Source of the DNA: Lytechinus pictus
Taxonomy: Eukaryota
Reading direction: 5' to 3'
Assembly (NCBI RefSeq): GCF_037042905.1
Contig: NC_087245.1
Location: 12,774,001 to 12,838,000, forward strand
DNA length: 64,000 nucleotides
Part shown: one piece after another, positions 54,430 through 64,000 of the stretch
Layout: each line of letters begins with the position of its first letter
How positions within the stretch are numbered: position 1 is the first letter of the stretch
Made by a program: the position numbers and the translations under genes
The notes under the pieces: generated by a model
What the model was told of the DNA's origin: nothing
Seen by the model: the letters and a program-made list of their open reading frames with translations, nothing else
Database searches by the model: none

Positions 54430-55283
54430 AAGAGTTGAATTTACAAAAGAGAATCCGGAAGCAATCATCAAACTCTGATACTGAATTTTGAAGTAAGCAG
54501 TATTTTGTGAAAATAAAATGCACGCAGTCATAACTATCTATTTGAAGTGATCATGATGACGTGTTCCAACTTCGTTTTGCTTATAAAATGCTCTTGCATG
54601 AAATCATTTTTTAATCATGTGATGTCGCTTATTAAAATAATGTCCATAAATTAATGAAAAAATGCATTAAATATTTTTAATACAATATTTGTAATTCTAT
54701 AGGAGGAGGAAATTTGAATAATCATGAATTCATGTGATTAAAAAAGTGGGAATATACAGGAGAGATTACTTTTCTCCATTGAATGTTAAAGAAGAAATGC
54801 ATATAGAACTGGCCGAAATGCGGATCTTTAAAATATCATAACTCTATTAACCTTGTCCGATATTGTTTACATTTTACCAACTTTGTTTGATTCTTCTTTA
54901 TCTGTATTATTTTCAGCTGCACTCATGCCATATAGAAACATACTCCATTCAATTCTTAATGATTATATTCAAATGTTATACAAATCAGTCATATACTAAT
55001 ATTTGAAGCAATCATAATGTGGAATAGTGCATTATGGAAGTTCCATATTTTCAATCATCTGTAAGTTCCGGTAACTATGCCTTTTTACTATACCATTTCC
55101 GTGCGCATTATGACAATATTCGAGACGTTTGAGAATTTAAGCTGTATTTAGGGTCTGCGACTAATAGACTACGCACACGGTGTAGGGCGGTTTGTATCGC
55201 GATAGCTCTGTGCGCTGGATTTGTGCGCTGGCTTGCTTCAATATATTCTGTGCGCTGGGTTTGTGCGCTGGCTTCAGCCTGGT
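54430..55283 (-). repeat. Right outer inverted arm
   Basis: Mirror of 27360-28180. The ORF track shows the same spurious peptide DQAEASAQTQRTEYIEASQRTNPAHRAIAIQTALHR on opposite strands. Confidence 0.92.
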
Positions 55284-58200
55284 CTGGCATGGCACGGGCA
55301 GCGAATTGCAGATTGGCCAGTCCTGATCCTGTCGGGGCGCGGCCGGGCTGCGCGGCGCGAACGTGATAGCTCGGCCAAAAGCTCCAGCAGCTCTTGAGTG
55401 AGCTGCTTGAAAACTAGATGATAATGAGCGAAAGAGGGCTCACCATCAAACAGGATTTCGTTTCCATAACTACGAATTGGATGGATGGTGGCCGGCCGTA
55501 TGATTTCCGCTGGGGTAAAGAAAATTATCGAACTGAGAGAAACATTGCCCAGGCCTGACGTTGCTCCAAATAACAATTATTGCACACTTTTATTTTCATA
55601 AACTGAAATTGCTGGTACTTAATGAAGTCAATACTTGCAAGCAAAAAGGGGGTGCATTTTGCATGTATGAAAAAGTTGACAGAAAACATGAATTTAAGGA
55701 CGATTTTGCTTTCTCCAACAAACCCTCTCATTCCTACCCTATATCCTCACTCCCCCACCCCTCTTACTCACTCATACCCCCTTCTAATTCTCCCTCTCTG
55801 TCACTGCCATCCCTCTACCGCCCCCCTTTCTTTTAATACACCCTCTACCCCTTCCACTCAATTTTTTCAAGTAGGTTGTTGCTATTTATACTATGCAAGT
55901 CTTTATCATTTTTTTTCATTGAAAACGGTCATATTTCTTATTCCGATTTGAATTTCTCTTTATAAAAAATAGATACAACAAACAAAAAAAGTATCTTTGA
56001 CTAAACCAGATTTGCAAGAATTGTTTTTTCACAAAGATATATCAACTCTGTATTTTTAAATGCAGTGCTTGATAAATCAGACCTTTCAAAACACTCATTG
56101 ATATCTGCAATGATCATTCTATTTTTACCAATAGTCAAAAAATATATATATATCATTAATTTGTTCCCATTTTCTTCAAGAGGCACATTACTGTTATTTA
56201 TCTATATTCATTATGTACTTTAAATTCAAAGTTAGCCATACCCAGGCATTTCTCCCAAACCATCAAGCCATCTTTGGTTCTCTAAAATTGATTTTCACAC
56301 TAAAAATCCTGCCTAGGTGTTCATATGAACACTACTAACCCAAATCACATAATATCCTAAATAAGTAATTCAACTAAATAAACAATCAGTCTCCTCATCA
56401 GTTTTCTTTTCTTATAATTGCTTCCATAGTTCACATAAATGAAAGAACAAAAATTAGAGGAAAACAATACAAACAAAATGTAAAATTGACAAATCATTAC
56501 ATAACATTGCATAATTTCATGGACTTGGAAAGTAGACTTTCTTACATCAACAAGCTTTTGAGTTTCAATATTGATGAATAAAACAAAATAGGAATATATT
56601 TCCACATAATTGAAGTACTTCAAAAAAAATTGAGGGGACCAAAAGATGGTGTACAGGGTAGACTTTCTAAAGAGGTGCGAGCAAGCAAAAAAAAATTAAA
56701 ATCAAAATCTAATTTAATGATAGATTATTACATAATATTTTAGAATATCACAGTTCAAACTTTTTCTTTTCCAATTTTCCCCTTTTTTTTGGGGGGGGGA
56801 GGGGGGTCATGAAACTTTCGAGGAGGGGGGCAAAACCCTCCAAGAGGCCAACCCTGGCCTTGTCTCAACACTAACACTGGATTATTTGAGGTGTGGTACG
56901 AGCAAAGTCAAAACACCAATACCAGCTCCAAATACTGAATGTTAAATCATCCAGTGAGCGAGAGGGAGAAATCCATTCTAAATATTATCAAGTCCATTGT
57001 TAAAGGAGCATATTCTTGTTACATTTGATTTAAAACTTTGAACAGTTGATTGGCTAACTCCCGATTCATTCTTGTTAAAGGAAAGTAAATGTCACTAAAT
57101 TCCATGATGACACTACTTTCATTTCAACAAACTTAACTCAGAACATCACTATAATTATAATATAATAGCTAATAACAATATATCACTAAATAATTCAATA
57201 TTCAAGCACCATGATTGTAGCCTATATTTGACATGAAAGCACTCCATGGCTTAAAGGCTATGTTCATCCAAACACATGAAAATTCGAGTATAACAAAAAT
57301 GACTCAAATTAAAAACAAACAAATCACACAAAAAATATCCAAATCCAAGAATAGAATATGCATACAATTGTTAATGACATGGACTGCACAAAAAAAATCA
57401 GTGAGACAATGAATTCATTAAATTCAATACTTTGAATACAGCCCATGTTTAAAAGCTTCAAAATGCCATAAACTTTATAATCTCGTGTTTTGAATTTTGA
57501 TGACAATTTATTGTTGTCTTTAATATGTCATAGGCACTTGAAATGAAACTATAGAAAATAATAAAATGTTAGAGTGAAAAGTGTAAATATACATAATTAT
57601 TTCAACATACATGTAGATGAATCTTAGAAATGGTTAAGTTCTTTGTTTTGAACATTTTTGCACTTTATCACAGCAAAACTCAAACTCCTCTCTTTGGACG
57701 GTAATAATTACTTATAATTAATTAACACTCTTAGTACGTTTATTATATAATACTACTCAGGGTGTATCAATAAAAAAGGAAACCGATTATAAGAAATCAT
57801 CAAAGGAAACTTATATTATTTGAAAGTACAACTTATCAGCATTCCAAAGATACATGAACTGTGTTTTCAGAACCACGACTGGTGAACACTCAAGTTCTAA
57901 AAGCAGTACAAAATAGCAAGGGATTTCAGTTTCACTGCAGATTGAATACAGAAATAGTAAGTGTGTCTCTATGGACAATGGAATTATGTATTTGCTTATC
58001 AATTTTTTTTATGAATATTCATTTTTATGCATCTGAATTAAGATTTACTCAATATGCTCAAAGAGGATTCTTGAATAAAAACAAACACAGATTATGGGAT
58101 GGCAAGAAGTAGTGAGATTTGGTAATTTTCGCGTTCCTTTCAGTTTCATTGTTCACTGTGTCACATGTGTGATCCCAGAAGCATCATCAAGGTACAATAA

Positions 58201-59417
58201 GAATACTAATATGATTTGGTTTTACGGCATAATTATTTTTCTTGTCACTTATGTCAGTTTTCCCTCAGTACAGGAAAATATATGAAATCTGGGTTTCCTT
58301 TTTTCCTGATACACCAATATTGGCGGACACTCATTCCAAAGCTGAGAGCATTTAATTTAATTTGAAATACTAAAAAGTAATATCGGTATTTTCCTTCAAA
58401 AATACATCTTTCACGAGTGTGGATTTTCCTGATTTAGGAATTTTACTCTTTTTCACACATAAATTTTTACAAACAAAATTGTATCACTAAATTCTAAAAC
58501 TTTTCATTGATGCTTGATTCGCACAATAATAATAGAACCCCTCTAATTGGTAATAGATTTTCTGATATATAGTCTGATCAATTATATACAGATTCATACA
58601 AAATATACCACTGTAAGCTTTGGAAATATGAACAGATAGAAACAAAGATATACAAGTCAAATCAAATTAATTACAATCTTAATACAACAAATTTCCACAT
58701 AAACATATAAGACAAGTATTTTTCAAGAAAAGAAATATAAGTCAGGAATTATATACAATATACATGTAGCAATTAGGTAGATTTTTTTAAATATTTCAGA
58801 CAAAAATTAATCTCAATATATATCATATTCCTATATAAGGACACAATATCCAATGATAAGACTACACATTGAAAAGCACACAATGATATGATTTGACAAA
58901 ATGTGATATTTACAATGACATATAGTACCTTGAATGAGCTGACTAGATACCTTTTGAAAATAACCAGCAACAAATATGGGTGTATACAAACACCATTGCA
59001 GCACACATTATATATATTATGAGATGAATCACTATCATAGAAAAGATTTGATATGAGATGTTATTCTTTCCTCTTATTAAAGTACAAAATGGCTATAACA
59101 ATCCAGGCTTTCAAAATAAAAGGGCTGGAATATTTAAATACAAAAATGGTGCTTTTATGAATATAATTAACTTAAAGTTGAAACCGTACCAACTAAACAG
59201 GAATAGAAACATTCACAGTATTTGTAGTAAAATAGACCACTTCTGGGCAGGAAGAAAATCATCATGAAATCTGTAGATAAGACAAGATAGACTAGTTCCA
59301 AACATATACATCAATCACTTTAGAATTAGAAATCCCTTAGTAACAACCCATATGTTCATGCCAAGCCAGTAAATCTGTAGTCCTGTCTAGTGGTGCTGGA
59401 ACATTGTGGGGGGGGGG

Positions 59418-59576
59418 GGGGCCGTTTCATAAAGACTTAAAACTGCACGGTAACTTTACCATTATGGCAATTACCATGGATATATCTCAGTTGTAATTGG
59501 CTGATGAGCCCTGTTACCATAGTAGTTGCCATATGGCAAAGTTTACAACAGAAGTGTTTATGAAACAGGGCCCCAG
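59418..59576. mobile_element. Diverged copy of the 15555 MITE family
   Basis: GGCCGTTTCATAAAG ... TTTATGAAACAGGGCCCC with shared ATGGCAA/CCATGG internal motifs. Confidence 0.6.
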
Positions 59577-61776
59577 ATCAGATGAAAGTTTAAAGGGGCA
59601 AGCCATTGTGTATTAGCAATGGTTACCTCCTCAATTATTTGTCTGATTGGTTTAATTCCAGTGCCATTGTTTTATCTGCAAGTTTCATGAAGATGCACTG
59701 CCTTAAAAGGCCAATGAAATAAGAATTTTCAAAAAATGAATATATTCGAAAAATTAAACACATGTCCAGGGAGAATATTATCTATGTTAGGAAAAATCAA
59801 GGTGATTTGAAACTTGCAGCAGTATTCACCTGCACAGTATACAACATGAAGCCTGTCATGGCTGAAGGCCAAATTTAACCTAGATTAAAATTTCATTTTT
59901 CCCTTTTATAATTGTTCTTTTGTGTACTGTGTCTATAAATTTAGAGTAAAGTAATCTGGAAAATTTAAAACATTCTGTCCATGTAAATTATTTCTCATAG
60001 CAATAATTGTTCACTAAATATCAATAACTAGAATCACACTGAAATCTGCATAACAGGTTGACATAGCTTTGCATAAGGTTAATATTGGCATTTGCTTAAA
60101 TTAAACCAGCTAAACCTTCTCCCATTTTTTAGTCTTGCAGAATGGCAGTTTTTCTTGTTGGTCCTCACAGTTTGGCAGTTGTCTGAGTGATAATCTTTAA
60201 TTTTTATTTTAGACAAAGATTGAGGAAATATTCAGTGAATATCATATCACTGATATCCATTGTGTAGAATTTTTTTTTTCTTCAAATAATTCTTGAATGG
60301 ATTGCAAACCTCTCAATCTATTATTATGAAATCAAAATTCATTTAGTAGTGCTTACAAAAAGATGTGTGGCACACAAAGAATTTTCTAGAAATCAAAATG
60401 TTAGCAGGCCCATTCACACTAGCTATAAAAAACTGCAAACTTAAAAATTATTGAGTTGTCATGGCAACTTCTCCAAGGTAGACTGTTAAGAACCATAGAA
60501 ATTTAAAGAAATCCTTGAGGTTTGTATGAAACATACTGAAATTATGTGTAGAAAATGAATTTCCATTGAAAAAATTGTCTTTTCCATTTCTTTTAAACCT
60601 GTAATACCATTGAAACTTGATCGAAAAATTGATTTTTGGGGGTCATAGAAAAAGTACACAGTACAAACATGATTTGTTCTGCAAAGGTAAACTCAATAAG
60701 GCCCTGATTTATTCATTTTATTCAACTAAACACTGCTTATTCCTTCTTTGAAACAATATCATCATTTACTTGGACATCAATTAATGACCTGCTTTCAATG
60801 CTTTGCTATCCCATACCCCCCCCATGTTCTATTCATCATCACTCTTATCAAGATTTGAACTCAAGTTTATGAAATACATTTTTATTGTCTACTTACTTGT
60901 TTATATTAATAGAATTATCATGGTGAACTGTAATTTTCATTGTTTATTGAAATTAAAATTGTTAATTGATATTTATTTTGTAAATTTGAATTATTATGGT
61001 AAATCCAGATTATTGTAATTTCAAAATGTATTTTTGTTGCAGAAATTATATGCAATTTATATGTTGTTTTTTTCTTCGTCACTGTTAATTCAATGGCAAT
61101 GCAGCCTTCGAGCAGCAATAATTGAATAAATACATCTTGAATCTTGAATAAAGTTTCGAATAATAAGTAGGGAACAAGAACAGATTTTTTCATTATGATT
61201 TCCCAGCAAACAGAAAATCAATGTTCCTTGATGTGTGTCAGAGAGAACCTTGCAAGGAATAAATAACAGCAATGCATAACTACAATAGGCCAAGGATTGG
61301 GCAGCGTAATTATGACCCACTGCAGAACTCATTGTCGACCACTGTGTAAAACATGCTCTATTTTGATGAGGTAGAGGTATATGATTACGAAACAGTGCTG
61401 TCATTATCATTCTCTTCTATCTTGCATGAAATAAAAATACTAAAAGCATGTCAAATTATGATTTTTTTCATGACAAAGTTTATCATGCCTTTTCTGTTCT
61501 AGACATGACCTGTTGAACCACAATATTTTTTTTTAAACACCATTACAACATAAACAATAGATGAATTATGGATGACTTTACAAATAATTGGAATATAGCA
61601 AGCTAGCAACAGATTTCTGAACTGCCTCTAGACAAATTATTTTAGTTGATTTACAGGGATATAATAGTATATCATACCTACATTAGTCATATATTTGTAG
61701 GTAAGGTACATGTAGATATTTCGCCCAGTGTTGAATGATGTAGTTTGGAATATAAAACTGTTTGCTAGGACATATA

Positions 61777-62085
61777 GGCCTGTATTCTGAAGTCGGATTT
61801 AACTTAGACCATGGTCTAACTCTGTGCTAAACTTATGGGAAACCAAACAGATCAAAATTTAGTTTACAGTGAATGCTTCTCATGTTTACTGTGCTCTTTA
61901 CTAAATCTTTAATGGTGAAGACAACTGTCATACGTATCTTTCCAAGGCATTTAATGTTTCTGGAGTCAAATGAGCTGATACATTGAACTTCTTCTGTTAT
62001 AAATTTATGTAACAACTGGCTTTCCATAGTTAAACCACAACTTTAAACCCGAGTTTAAATTAAACCCGAGTTCAGAATACGGGCC
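61777..62085. mobile_element. MITE; related degenerate copy at ~17063-17345
   Basis: GGCCTGTATTCTGAAGTCGG ... CCGAGTTCAGAATACGGGCC. Both copies share CCATAGTTAAACCA. Confidence 0.6.
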
Positions 62086-62613
62086 ATGGACTCCATCTCA
62101 CACAGGAGTGTGACTGATCCAATCAATCTATGGAAAGCCACTGACACCGCAATCATACGTTTGCACACTGCCATGTGATTCTTCTTGTTAAAGGGGATAA
62201 GTGCGTACACTCACAAACAAAGAATGATGGCATTACTGGCTTTACATAGTTGTGATTGATTCAATTGATCACAGTCCTTTCTAAAACAGGGCCATTGATA
62301 AACTTTCAGCCCAAACTTTGGCACTTCACATTCCTGTCATTCTATCAAGCGTACCTTTCAAAACAGCTCCATGAAACACATCCTGGGTTCAATTTCACAA
62401 GACTTATTTTTGAAAGATACCATGCCATGGTATGTGATTGGCCAATAGCAAACTTGTCATACAAATTTTGCATTTGTTGTTATAGCAAGTTTCTACTTGA
62501 TTACTCATACTCTGGTTAGAAAAAATAAATAAGTAGATTAGTCTTTTGGTACAATTCTGCCTGCATACCGACAGTTCAAGTGAAATTTAGGGATGAGAAT
62601 TCATTTGTGAGTC

Positions 62614-62704
62614 TCAACAGCAATCCAGAGCATTACCACTACTATCCATGCTATGAAGAGCTATTAAACTTTCCGACTGATCTTTGTCATCTGACGTTGG
62701 TAAC
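62614..62704 (-). CDS. SLC35F5: SLC35F5-like, last coding exon
   Basis: Phase-compatible CAG acceptor. (R)LPTSDDKDQSESLIALHSMDSSGNALDCC* resembles the recalled SLC35F5 tail (EQCESLISMHS). Confidence 0.8.
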
Positions 62705-63219
62705 CTGGTAAGGAAAACAACAAAAAGAGAAACGAGGAATACGATGGAAACTATTCAAACAGCATTATAGTATTTTGAGGGCCCCTCCAAGCATTTTGGG
62801 TAAGAAAACAGGATTCTCAACAAGCAGTACAATGATTGGGTGAGGAAACAAAGTCTATCCAAGAAGTATCAAACAGAAAAGTTTTTATTTGTAAATGGTA
62901 GCTTCTATATGATTGAAACTTCTCTACACACAATGCAATATTAACCTCCCCCCCCCAAAAAAAAAAAAAAAAATGATATTATAGTTGCAAAACAATTTCT
63001 GCCTCATTGATCATCTGTGTTCAATAATACATGGATGCAAGGTGTGTCCTTATTGTGACTTCACACCTCTGCATAAATCTTGAAAGTTTTTTTTTTTAAT
63101 TTTCCAATCACTTTCAGTGCATGCTATCTGGCAAAAAGTTATTTTAACCACAGGGGAAAGTAGGCCTCCCGTGAAAATGAACCACACACATTTTGGGGAC
63201 GGAATGAGATTTAGCTTAC

Positions 63220-63416
63220 CTGACATGAGGTGTTTTCCTTCTGCATATTGAGCATATCGTGCAGAAGAGGCAGCTTAGTCTATGAAAACAGTAGTAAAGT
63301 CTTTTGATGAGAGCCCATGCAGGATCCCAATCATTGTAATGGGTTAGGATAGCTACCACAATAAATGACACAAACACTGGTATGGCACCTAAGATGAACA
63401 TTAGGGAGAAGTCCAC
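63220..63416 (-). CDS. SLC35F5: SLC35F5-like solute carrier, penultimate coding exon
   Basis: Polypyrimidine+CAG acceptor, GTAAG donor. VDFSLMFILGAIPVFVSFIVVAILTHYNDWDPAW matches the last TM helix and WDP motif of SLC35F5 as I recall it. Confidence 0.85.
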
Positions 63417-64000
63417 CTGTAAAGAAAATGAAAATGAGAGTAGAAATGTCCTGACATGGCGGCACACATATCCTCTGGTAAGGCATGCACTGTTATCATG
63501 GTACATGTAGTTATGTCTATCCAGAACAAGAAAAGACTCTGCATGGAGATGGTTAAAGACCATTAAAGGTTAAAGGTTATTAGTCCTCTTACATGTTTTC
63601 AGAGCTATAATTGTGTGTATCCTGATAATGTATGTTTTTAGGCACCTTGTTTTTATGTCTCAACAATAAGTACTTCAAAAACAATTTTCTATTTAAAATA
63701 AAATGAACCGAACATACTATGTAATATATTTTATCAAACATTTACTAGAATTGCTTTATGTTTACAGGCCTACAAGGGCTACGTTTAATTAAATTATTTC
63801 AGGAAATGACAGGGTATTGCACTCAACTTCCTTGTTAATTGGTGTCAACAGTCATTTCTTAATGCAATAGCAAGTTAATCTAACATGGTGTACATGTATA
63901 TCACATTACATAATAAAATACAGAATTTGACTTACATTATTATAATAGATATCTACAAGGATCGACATGGGGATAGTGAGACTCAAAGAAAGTGTTCCAA

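Larger units (their letters stand above)
27360..55283. mobile_element. Giant non-autonomous foldback-type DNA transposon (Mutator/Foldback-like) filled with satellite DNA
   Basis: Starts ACCAGGCTGAAGCCAGCGCACA and ends TGTGCGCTGGCTTCAGCCTGGT. Direct repeat CTGGCATGG at 27351-27359 and 55284-55292. No transposase ORF. Confidence 0.9.

Noticed and set aside
27360..55283. Whole palindrome as a fold-back read artefact
   Set aside because: The arms differ by many substitutions, indels and private modules, the arrays differ in type and length, and a TSD is present. Only the central junction remains to be verified.

Overview
AT-rich, intron-containing animal (invertebrate) genomic DNA. The repeat landscape suggests an echinoderm such as a sea urchin, but that is an inference. 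Three genes can be supported. (1) The last four coding exons of Rab5 (+, 8008-11829). (2) A two-coding-exon PP2C-like gene of the PP2D1 type (-, 20660-23648), tail-to-tail with Rab5. (3) The last two coding exons of an SLC35F5-like transporter (-, 62614-63416). Many small non-autonomous DNA transposons (MITE, HINE-like, Sola-like and piggyBac-like) lie in introns and UTRs. The dominant feature is a 27.9 kb non-coding element at 27360-55283. It has long terminal inverted arms and an exact 9-bp target site duplication (CTGGCATGG). Its interior is almost entirely a ~227-bp satellite in two oppositely oriented arrays that meet at 49628/49629, so the whole element is one giant asymmetric foldback. 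The left array carries a 9-monomer, 2032-bp higher-order repeat and an embedded block of monomers of the right-array type.
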